A stretch of 64,000 nucleotides of DNA, taken from positions 192,380 through 256,379 of the forward strand of contig NMRA01000133.1 of the NCBI GenBank assembly GCA_002633005.1, in the 5' to 3' direction. Within the stretch, counting starts at the first letter, position 1, and each line of letters opens with the position of its first letter. The position numbers and the translations under genes are program-made. The notes beneath the pieces are model-generated. The model did no database searches. It was not told where the DNA came from and saw only the letters and a list, made by a program, of their open reading frames with translations. Shown piece after piece: positions 56,901 through 64,000 of this stretch. The stretch is from Phoronis australis (taxonomy: Eukaryota; Animalia; Phoronida).

Positions 56901-58744
56901 TGGTAACGACACATGCCGAGTTTGACTATGAGAATACCAACGTCTACGAATTCAAGATTTTGGCTACTGACCTCGGTGCTCGTCAAGATTTAATCAAAGT
57001 TAGCATTGCAATAATTGGTGTCGATGAATTCAGTCCCGTTTTTGCAAAAGATTCGTACTCGTTTGACGTGAGAGGTGATGCAGAGAAAGGTCACGTGGTG
57101 GGATCTGTGCAGGCAACGGACAAAGATGGCGGACCCGATGGCATAGTTGTCTATAGTATCCAAGCTGACCAAACTGGCTCGCATCGATATTTCCAAGTTG
57201 ATCCGAAAAGCGGAGTCATCTCCGTTGCCTACAGTCTGCGACAGGAAATTTTGCGGAAACGCAGATCGGTGGTTAAGCGAGCGTTGCCACCAGACTTCTC
57301 GCTCATTGTTAAAGCCAGCAGTGGCAAGAAGGACTCTAAATCATCGACTATCGTGTGTCGAATTGCTGTTGACTTTACATGTGCTGGATGTCAACCCATT
57401 GGTCGCCAGGATACGACAACAGTCGGTGCCGGTCCGTCAAAACCATATGTTTTCGAAGGTACCCCACTGATTCTTGTGGTTGTGTTCGCCGTTGTTGCTG
57501 TTATTTTGGTTAGTGTTATTGTAATTATATTGTTGAGGAATCGTTGGAAAAGGAAACGCACCAACGATCCACCCCAGGCTCAATTTGATGAAGATTTTGA
57601 CACGGTCAATGTGCCTTCGCAAACAACGGACGAAGCGCCACCTAGGTACAACGACATCCGTCGCGAGTACAGTCCTCGCCATCACAATCGCTCAGAATTA
57701 TCTGATCAGTCCCATTCAGCATCAAGTGGCCGCGGCTCATCAGAGTTCATTCCTGAGGATGATGACGAGGAGTTGAGAATCATCAACTCTGCACCGTTGG
57801 TACAGACTAATAACTTAATACGTAAGGCAATGCCTGATTCTGGCATACAGCACGATCACGATAACATATCAGACACTGGCAGTGTGCAAAATCATCAGGA
57901 ATATTTGGCGCGTCTTGGCATTGATGCGTCTAAAATAAAAACAGACTGTAAGCCCAAGGGGCTGGCGCGCTCTGTTGAGAGCATGCATCACTTCTCTGAT
58001 GAGGGAGGTGGCGAGGGTGACGGCCTTGACATTGGGGTGTTAGTTGAGCAGAAGCTCGGGGAGGTGGAAGCAGACGAGGATATGGCAATAATGGACGGGA
58101 CACGTGAGTTTGGGTTTGGTGAAACTGAGCCGTCTCACGCAGGGTCTCTGTCTAGTGTTATTAACAGTGAGGAGGAGTTTAGTGGCTCGTATAACTGGGA
58201 CTATTTATTAGACTGGGGTCCCCAGTACCAGCCACTGGCTCACGTGTTCTCGGAGATAGCTCGTCTTAAGGACGAGACAATTCAGCCAAAGAAACAGCCA
58301 ATCAGGACAGTTCCCCAGGTGCATATACCCAATAGTCTGAAGCCGCAATTGAAAACGAGGCCTCCGCCTATAATCACAAATGTTCCACCCAAGGCAAATC
58401 CTATTGCCGCCGGAATAAGCGGTGGTAGCTCGTCTAATCTGTCCAGTGGTAGTGGCGGCGCTATGAACTCTAACCGAACAAGTCAATTGACTTCCGTCAG
58501 TCTGCCAAAGTCTCCAATCAGTTATGAATCTAGTTTTACCTCCCCTGCCCTGTCGCCATCATTTACACCAACTTTGTCACCGTTAGCGACGAGGAGCCCG
58601 TCAATATCTCCACTGCAAACTCCAGGTGCAAGCCAATCGGGAAGGACGTCAGGTCAGTCAACGCCACGGTCGAAAAAGTCAAGGTCGCAGCGTAATCTTG
58701 CAATGATCCACTCGTCTGGATCAGAGCAAGAGTTGCGGATATAA
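7127..58744 (+). CDS. ds: Dachsous (DCHS1-like) atypical protocadherin, whole gene model: 17 coding exons, 3,387 aa, 27 cadherin repeats, TM helix and cytoplasmic tail
   Basis: Exons joined through GT-AG sites with consistent phases sum to 10,164 nt with no internal stop. I counted 27 EC repeats (DxNDNxP, DRE/DYE, AxDxD motifs) and no EGF or LamG domains, which argues against Fat or Flamingo. Ds-type motifs: IDCET, DPDCGVNA, SSGRGS, GSYNWDYLLDWGPQYQPLAHVFSEIARLKD, SPSFTPTLSPLATRSP, C-terminal ELRI. Confidence 0.95.
12694..12731 (+). repeat. 19-bp tandem duplication CGTCACGTTCTSTRTGGGT
   Basis: Two adjacent copies with 2 mismatches. Confidence 0.85.
12909..13411. mobile_element. Non-autonomous DNA transposon (MITE, possibly PIF/Harbinger-like), about 500 bp
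   Basis: Terminal inverted repeats GGGCCTTTCATACT and AATATGAAAGCGCC, flanked by TTAA-type sequence on both sides. Internal repeats of CAGTATGAACG at 12958, 13059 and 13334. CpG-rich relative to the host intron. Confidence 0.65.
16479..16527 (+). mobile_element. Single MITE-like terminus (CAGTGGCAGATCTA-G-run type)
   Basis: CAGTGGCAGATCTATGAGGGGGCTCAGG...AACCCCCC, a similar architecture to the element at 2233-2509. Confidence 0.35.
23119..23154 (+). repeat. 17-bp duplication TACAGGGGTTTGTGGGA (19-bp period)
   Basis: Two exact copies at 23119 and 23138. Confidence 0.9.
26664..26743 (+). repeat. 20-bp minisatellite, 4 copies (AAGATACTGTCGGTGATATT)
   Basis: Read directly; two copies carry a single substitution each. 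Confidence 0.95.
26811..26942. mobile_element. Degenerate short MITE-like remnant
   Basis: G-run left end (CGGGCTCATACCAAGGGGG) and C-run right end (AACCCCCCTCTGG...CTGGGATCTCGG). Confidence 0.3.
42021..42152 (+). repeat. 45-bp direct repeat at 87-bp spacing
   Basis: GTTTTGRGTTTGAGAGTGCAAGTMATGTKTTCAGGGGGAGATAAT at 42021-42065 and 42108-42152. Confidence 0.85.
42581..42767 (+). CDS. ds: ds coding exon 2 (EC6)
   Basis: VSATDPDCGVNAQ...LDFETKDEYEFIVVAKDL; donor G|gtaagg, phase 1. Confidence 0.93.
43231..43461 (+). CDS. ds: ds coding exon 3 (EC6/EC7)
   Basis: Acceptor ttttag; GLDTTASVKVRIVDINDNRP...; donor G|gtgagt. Confidence 0.93.
43934..44170 (+). CDS. ds: ds coding exon 4 (EC7/EC8)
   Basis: Acceptor ttcacag; GHLYLLRTL...VQAADGGG...RATSTDS; donor G|gtgagt. 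Confidence 0.92.
44325..44641. mobile_element. Possible MITE with imperfect terminal inverted repeats in a ds intron
   Basis: Left AATAGCATGTTTCACGCAACAGCAAC versus reverse complement of the right end AGCTATTTTCACATGACAACAGAGCAAC. Confidence 0.3.
45453..45628 (+). CDS. ds: ds coding exon 5 (EC8)
   Basis: Acceptor tttgtttag; GAGSITYSIVAGDP...LDHE...GRTQ; donor CAG|gtaatt, phase 0. Confidence 0.92.
46141..48496 (+). CDS. ds: ds coding exon 6 (end of EC8 to start of EC16; 2,356 nt)
   Basis: Acceptor tgttgtag; long ORF with repeated DxNDNxP motifs; donor G|gtcagt, phase 1. Confidence 0.95.
48982..49329 (+). CDS. ds: ds coding exon 7 (EC16/EC17)
   Basis: Acceptor tgatgcag; GDNSNLTY...LDREQRD...DVNDHTP; donor G|gttggt. 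Confidence 0.92.
49698..50070 (+). CDS. ds: ds coding exon 8 (EC17/EC18)
   Basis: Acceptor tttccag; AGNIGNKFSINPRTG...LDRE...DINDNDP...GVITTT; donor GG|gtaagt, phase 2. Confidence 0.92.
50053..50264 (+). repeat. Degenerate 28-34 bp tandem repeat (about 6-7 units) spanning the exon 8 donor
   Basis: Unit approximately CATCACAACAACAGGGTAAGTGGTCTATAGTA; GT positions at 50071, 50103, 50134, 50165, 50199, 50231 and 50259. Confidence 0.85.
50791..50989 (+). CDS. ds: ds coding exon 9 (EC18/EC19), not in the ORF track
   Basis: Acceptor cattttag; hand translation LLNREKVASYQFEVRASDAGLYDPRKSVKQVTITILDVNDNAPYFTQIPFNANVSIGTRTGTEISQ; donor CAG|gtagag. Confidence 0.92.
51242..51473 (+). CDS. ds: ds coding exon 10 (EC19)
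   Basis: Acceptor ttccag; LIAEDKDEGVNSQIVY...KACDNG...; donor G|gtaaga. Confidence 0.9.
52035..52253 (+). CDS. ds: ds coding exon 11 (EC19/EC20)
   Basis: Acceptor ttccccag; GLLVVRIGDNP...ISEAATVDT...FRINEDN; donor G|gtaggt. Confidence 0.9.
52631..52842 (+). CDS. ds: ds coding exon 12 (EC20/EC21)
   Basis: Acceptor caactag; GVITIKDQTKLDYET...DYNDNAP...YVTQ; donor CAG|gtaagt. Confidence 0.92.
53326..53435 (+). mobile_element. tRNA-derived interspersed repeat (SINE-like), copy A
   Basis: A-box-like TGGTTCCGTTGG at 53354-53365 and B-box-like GGTTCGCATCCC at 53408-53419. Shares blocks with 60111-60179. Confidence 0.5.
53592..53877 (+). CDS. ds: ds coding exon 13 (EC21)
   Basis: Acceptor ttatag; VSASDADSGDNG...LDREIQDSY...DINDNEP; donor G|gtaagt. 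Confidence 0.92.
54204..54394 (+). CDS. ds: ds coding exon 14 (EC22)
   Basis: Acceptor ctttacag; GTDVGTVITTVTATDAD...VDHE; donor ACG|gtgagt. Confidence 0.92.
54879..55119 (+). CDS. ds: ds coding exon 15 (EC22/EC23)
   Basis: Acceptor tcttacag; ASDTVHD...DVNDNAP...ASDADSG; donor G|gtgagt. Confidence 0.92.
55143..55303 (+). repeat. 17-bp minisatellite, about 9.5 copies (TTTTGTTGCTGAGGCTA)
   Basis: Read directly. Copies 5-9 are identical and copies 1-4 have diverged. Confidence 0.95.
55460..55631 (+). CDS. ds: ds coding exon 16 (EC23), not in the ORF track on the + strand
   Basis: Acceptor gtttcag; GTIYTNKTVIYSPNQQVISLVITATDNGRTPLSSLVSVRIRITDINNYSPRFLGSPY; donor AG|gtaatg, phase 2. Confidence 0.92.
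56113..58744 (+). CDS. ds: ds terminal coding exon 17 (EC24-EC27, TM helix, cytoplasmic domain)
   Basis: Acceptor tttttgcag. TM PLILVVVFAVVAVILVSVIVIILL is followed by the basic stop-transfer RNRWKRKR. Ds intracellular motifs are present; TAA at 58742-58744. Confidence 0.95.
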
Positions 58745-59456
58745 GTAATGTGTAACCATGGAAACCATTTAAACTTTGTGCTCATTTCACCCCATTACAA
58801 TGTTGATATGTAATTAAATATTATCTGTACATTGTGTATATATAAACGTAACATATAGATATCTATATATACCAATGCATTCAAATTGTCATTGTCTTTA
58901 CTGAATGAAGTATGAGGTGCAAAATGTACTGTAGAAGATATGCATAATCATTTCTTTATTAATGAGCGTATCCAATATTAGACTATTTTTATATTTGAGC
59001 TCATAGTGTAAATGCTGAAATAACGAATGCATGGTATGTCTTGTTAGCATACACAGAGAGAAGGGGATTTATTTTCTGTGTATGGAGAATCCAGTACGTG
59101 ATGCGGTATATCACATTTTTACTTGCTCACTGAATATTTTGGGCAAAACTCTTCCCGACCAAACTAACAAGCTGACCAAATAACAAGCTTAGTGGAGTAT
59201 TTATTTTTTAATGAAGTCCATTTTATAAAAGTATTTATCTATAGTATGTATTGCTTTTGTTGGTATCAAGGTCAGACCTTAAGAATCATGTGGGTAATGG
59301 GCTGAAGACCCTTGAATGTGGAACAAGTTCTATTCAGATTACATATTTTATCTTACTTGTAAATAGAGACTGTAGGGCTAGATGTTTGGTAGATTTTGTA
59401 GTTTTTTATAAGGAAAAGCACTACTGTTGATAAATTGCTTGTTATTAGCTTTTATG

Positions 59457-59478
59457 AATAAAAGTTATTTATAATAAA
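59457..59478 (+). terminator. Probable ds polyadenylation signals (two AATAAA)
   Basis: AATAAA at 59457 and 59473, about 720 nt after the stop, followed by T/GT-rich sequence. Confidence 0.55.
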
Positions 59479-59861
59479 TAATATGAATTTATTTTGATGT
59501 GACAGGCAATGCACGCACGCACACATATACAACCATCAAGTTAGTCATATTGAATGTTGTGTCGGTGGGTCAAAGACAACCAAACTTCAAAGTAAAATAA
59601 AATTAGAAAAAGTGGCTCGAAAGCCTTAAAGAAAGCTTAGAGTGCCATTGCAACCACAGTACAACCATAGAAGGCAACTGCCAACTTCCGAGCCTTATTT
59701 AGACTCGAGCTTTTGTGACTTGGAAAATCAAATGAAATATCGGTGTTGCACGAAACTATGTTCTAAGGTAATAGCCATATTGTCTAAAGTATGCTCAAAA
59801 TTACATTTAAAATCGGCTTGCACATTTTTCACTGTACTCTAGTTGACCCTCAGGAATTTGT

Positions 59862-59867
59862 TTTATT
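59862..59867 (-). terminator. Candidate distal MED7 polyadenylation signal
   Basis: TTTATT on the + strand (AATAAA on -). Other candidates exist, e.g. 61557-61562, so the UTR end is uncertain. Confidence 0.3.
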
Positions 59868-60110
59868 CACAGGTTTATACTCAAGTGTTAAAAACTAACA
59901 AGATTAGCTTCTATCTACACATATACAAATACAAAGCAAACCATGTATTTCAAAGACAATACCCATACTTTGAATTTTTGCATTATCTCTTATATTAAGC
60001 TCCACTATCTGAGCGATCTCGTGACTCAATACAGTGTTACATGGCAAGAGATTTACGCACAATATATGAAGAAAGTTATTTTCACATTTAAAATGTCCAC
60101 ATTTTGTTGT

Positions 60111-60179
60111 TGATGTCTGACAAAGGCTCGAACCCAGGACTCTGGCTTTCTGCTAGTCATCTGAGAAATCCAATCAGAC
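60111..60179 (-). mobile_element. tRNA-derived interspersed repeat, copy B (internally shorter)
   Basis: Minus strand reads GTCTGATTGGATTTCT...TAGCAGAA...GGTTCGAGCC, sharing a 16-mer, an 8-mer and the B box with copy A. Confidence 0.45.
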
Positions 60180-62364
60180 GTAATAGAAAGCAATAATTCT
60201 TACTTATAAAATATCAACACGTCAATTTATAACACCACAATTCAGTTCACAAGTCACTATTTTGGAATTATCACTAAAAGCCACAGGATGTAATTCCAAC
60301 TGCGCTATGCAAGCGTTCCCAAATTGTTAATGTGCTCATAAGCCATATTTCGTGAGCCTGACACTGAGTTTGGCAATTGGTTCACCATGTTTGTAAGTCC
60401 GGGCACAAATTTGTGAGTCAGTGAATCGAGTTGATTTTTGAAATACATTTATTTCGTTCCAGCATGGATATTTACAAGTCACATGAAACAATACAGGGAC
60501 ATAATTTACAACAATCAACAAGTACCACAGTTTCTTAAGGACAAATCTTAACAAAGTTCACCAAACTTTTGGAAATTGAGATTTTTTGAGTGAACCTTAA
60601 TGTTAAAGGTGCTGTATCTCATTAAATTGTGAATATGCAAATGAACTACTAATTTACAAACAACCCCGGGTCCTCAATGTGCCCGAAACCATCCGAGAAC
60701 CAGTTACCATTACAATCTCATAAAAGTCTCGTTTTGCGAGACTATTTTTAATTACCAATAAACGAGTATGGTAATATTTCATCATTACCCTAATGAAACA
60801 AGGCACAGTTTTTTTATTATTTGTTTATTTCAATATCAAATAATTGTATAGTATTTGGAATTACTAGGGTTTTTATATGTTCACACTTGTTTTTAAGTGT
60901 ATCCGTTACAGTGTTTTTTTTTACTGAAAACCACAGTTTATTTTACAAAATAGTTTTTTCTTTTTTTATTATACTTGTACACATTTCTCCAGGAAGTCAC
61001 AAGATAGCGTTTGCCAAAATGATCAACCGATTTATGTTACCGAAAATATTTTTTAATTCTGGTCAGCACACCACCAGTGGCCACATCATATTTCTATAGA
61101 TTTATGTTACAGGATTTCGACTAAGTACATCCCCGGTGGACTGAGTTAATCATACCCTGTGCCACGTTCGTAAGTGTAAGTGTTGTTTCTGAGTGTGACA
61201 GCTGTGTTGTTTCTATCCCCTAACAACTACAGTCATACATTTAACTGCAGTAGAGTTAGATGAATATACACACTAGTTCTTAATGCATGTGACTGGAGTC
61301 AGTTCCACAGGATCTATGTCACAACTATGGGACACAAACAATCACTGTTAGTGAATCAGGCACCATATTTACATTTTACAAAATTTAGTGTACTTGTAAT
61401 TGACTATAAATGCATTTACAATGCAACAAGATTTATGAGACAAGATGTGCCAATTTTCCTTCTTGTTCTCAAGAAAATGACAAATTAAATCTCTACTTGA
61501 CTAAAATCAGCTAATTTTTGGACCAAAAAATGTGACAAAGTTTTAAACGGCACTCATTTATTTTGCGTCTCGCAGTCTTCTGAGCGTTTTCCAAAACTTT
61601 GAAAAAAATAGATGAATTTTGATGACATCTTATGTTTTTGAAAATTATTCTATGACCCCACTGTAGGAGCTGTTTGCACCATTTTACGAGGAAACTCACT
61701 AGTCTCAAGGTAGCTGGGCACATAATAAACGTTCATCATTTCGAGAGAGGGGAGGGGGGGAAGAGATAATCAAGACTGCCCTTGAAGACACTAGAAAGCC
61801 AGAGAAGAATACATGATACAGACTTCAATGGCGGAAGTGTAAAGAAGAGCCACCATGGGAAAAAATTGACACATTACCAGATATGTACGATGCAAGCATA
61901 AAGAGTTGGAGCAAATTTAGACAAGCCATATTCTTTAATGAGTGGCAAGCACTTATAACGAAGTTTAGACAAACTTGAAGTCTCGTTTCTGTATGATTTT
62001 GAAATTTTTTGCATGAGGTAACAGAAGTGGGATCACTCATTATGGGAACTTGACACGTACAAGTGCGGTCATTCTTCATATGTTTTGCACTAAATTGTCA
62101 TTTTCTATTTTTCAAAAGTTGGTTACCTGGCTGCAAATAATTGAAATTTCATGGTCGGAGTGTACTTTGAACATTTACACCGTACAAACCCAGATAATAA
62201 CAGACTAAAACTTTCTCATTGTTAATTAATGTTTTTGTTGAGAAAAAATGCAAATCCAAATAAAATTTTACATATTTTATGCTAAACAGATGAAAAATTA
62301 CTGCTTGCCACCAGTTTGTGCGAGGTGACCTCTCCTAGTTTAACACAGCCCACTTTCACATGAC

Positions 62365-62904
62365 CTAGTTCATGGAGTCCACAATTTCACACATCATCCT
62401 ATCCTGTCCTGTACACTCCTGCTCATTGGTACCCCCTGTGTCTTTCTCATCCGTTTCCATTCCCTCCATCTTCACCAACAATTTATTGTCAAGACTCGTC
62501 TCCTCTGGCAAGCTACCCACAGCGCCCTGCAAAATTTCCACGACTTTATCCAAATGTTTCTGAAACCTTTCTGCCGTTTCTAACCGCTGTCGTTTCTGCA
62601 GTTCGAGCATCACGCGTAGCGTTTCCCGTGCCTGATGTGGTCGGAACTCATTTATTAAATGGTGCATGTGAATGAACAGCAACTTCAAGTCTTCTATTTT
62701 CTCCGTCCGTTTCGGCGAGTCGGGACACTTGATCATGATATCGAGGAGGTCGAGAAAATTGACCAGCACTGAGTGATTGAGTTTCTTGAGTTCTTTCTTG
62801 TGATCAGGATTCAAAGGATACAGCCTCCTGATTCCTTGACTCTCCAAGGGTCGGATGATGGCGTCATCCGCGTGGAATGGGGCACCAAACATGGAATAGG
62901 TATC
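62365..62904 (-). CDS. MED7: Mediator complex subunit 7, coding exon 2 (179 aa plus stop; total 221 aa)
   Basis: DTYSMFG...[14 protein letters not shown]...[21 protein letters not shown]...[30 protein letters not shown] is the MED7 signature. Acceptor ttttgctcccag. Confidence 0.96.
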   Translation of the reverse strand, partial: DTYSMFGAPFHADDAIIRPLESQGIRRLYPLNPDHKKELKKLNHSVLVNFLDLLDIMIKCPDSPKRTEKIEDLKLLFIHMHHLINEFRPHQARETLRVMLELQKRQRLETAERFQKHLDKVVEILQGAVGSLPEETSLDNKLLVKMEGMETDEKDTGGTNEQECTGQDRMMCEIVDSMN

Positions 62905-63493
62905 CTGGGAGCAAAATAGGAGAATAGTACTTAACAACTGCGACAGAAGGAGAATAATAAAACTTTGGTTAATTGATAAACAATGGATTCATAGTAAATC
63001 CATTTCAGAGCTCTCGTGACTGCGACAGCGGAGAAATCAAACAATGGAACAAAGAACCTTATTTCAGACCAAAATATGACATATATTTACACCAAAGGTT
63101 TACACGCCGTTGTTCAAAATTAAGGCCAACATAGCCAAAATAGTAAAAATAATTATTAATAGAAAAATTTTAGCACTTCAAATGACAGGGCTTCACTCAG
63201 GTCGACGTCTTAGGAAATATAATCAAGAGACCAATCTCAGAGCAACTTCGGATAAATGACAATATAATATTACATATCATGGAAAACACCTAACCAAATA
63301 AAACAAAATCTTTTCTACACCAAGGCTAATGACATTATTTGTTTCTTGTAGAAATGAATAACATAGCTACAGAGCAGGAAAACATAGCATACGCCTGAGG
63401 TTATACAAATATCTTTGTTCAGTTTAATATGTATAACTCAAGCTTGATGTACATGAATGTAATCAACCTTGGACAAGTGACCTAGATCCAAAC

Positions 63494-63619
63494 CTGAACA
63501 GGAGGGGGTGGCTTTGGTACACGACCCCGCTCGACATTCTCATTAGTGTACACCTGGTAGTACTGCGATGGTGGCAGTGGAAATGAGCTGACCCCTTGAG
63601 ACTGGCCTTCACCAGACAT
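63494..63619 (-). CDS. MED7: Mediator complex subunit 7, coding exon 1 (42 aa)
   Basis: [42 protein letters not shown] matches the MED7 N-terminus. Acceptor ttttttgcag lies 4 nt upstream of the ATG; donor CAG|gtttgg, phase 0. Confidence 0.92.
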
Positions 63620-63807
63620 AGTGCTGCAAAAAATGCAGAGCATGAAAAGCGATACAGAAGTGTGGTAGTTCTTCACTTAGTTGGCATACAGTAAGGCAGA
63701 CAACTGGAATTTCATTTTCTTAATCATAACAACAAAACATTGTGAAAATTGTACTACAATTCCAGGAAAGAAAACAAATAATGTTTGAGTTTATTACTGG
63801 AATAAAA

Positions 63808-63925
63808 ACTTACAAAAATTAGCGACGTTGCGTCCGCATTTCACGGATTTCAGCTTGGCTTGTGATGTTATAATTATTCTGGCCAATTGGTGGCATTTTC
63901 ACCAGACGGCGCGGCATTGACGTCA
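63808..63925 (-). promoter_or_regulatory. Putative MED7 non-coding first exon and proximal promoter
   Basis: Minus-strand donor GTAAGT at 63813-63808, palindromic GGCCAATTGG (CCAAT) at 63881-63890, full CRE TGACGTCA at 63918-63925, and local CpG enrichment. Confidence 0.45.
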
Positions 63926-64000
63926 GAACACCATCCCATACGTGTGACAAATCGAATCTTAAACCGCCTTTTTTATTTAAAGCGGTCACAGCACAACAAG

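Noticed and set aside
7306-58486. Antisense and alternative-frame ORFs overlapping ds exons (e.g. 7306..7593, 47392..47772, 56303..56728)
   Set aside because: These are shadow ORFs expected from the codon structure of a long coding sequence.
7127-58744. Alternative identity as Fat, Flamingo/CELSR or a clustered protocadherin array
   Set aside because: 27 repeats, no EGF/LamG or 7TM region, a Dachsous-specific tail, and exons that form one continuous protein rather than variable cassettes.

Overview
This is AT-rich eukaryotic (metazoan invertebrate, probably lophotrochozoan; inferred, not determinable) genomic DNA, not prokaryotic. About 52 kb is one + strand gene for a Dachsous (ds/DCHS1-like) giant protocadherin. 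I reconstructed it by hand as 17 coding exons (7127..58744). All introns are GT-AG with compatible phases, giving a 10,164-nt CDS (3,387 aa). The protein has a signal peptide, 27 cadherin repeats, one TM helix and the Dachsous cytoplasmic motifs (SSGRGS, GSYNWDYLLDWGPQYQPLAHVF, SP-rich block, C-terminal ELRI). A 33.6-kb intron follows the first coding exon. A convergent - strand gene encodes Mediator subunit MED7 (2 coding exons, 221 aa). The rest is non-coding, with MITE-like and tRNA-derived repeat remnants and several minisatellites. I found no convincing new multi-gene system. The most notable observations are a tandem array that multiplies a ds splice donor behind an in-frame stop, a possible secreted EC1-5 isoform, a degenerate Ca2+ linker at EC3/4, a furin-type site in EC27 and a minimal uORF before the start codon.
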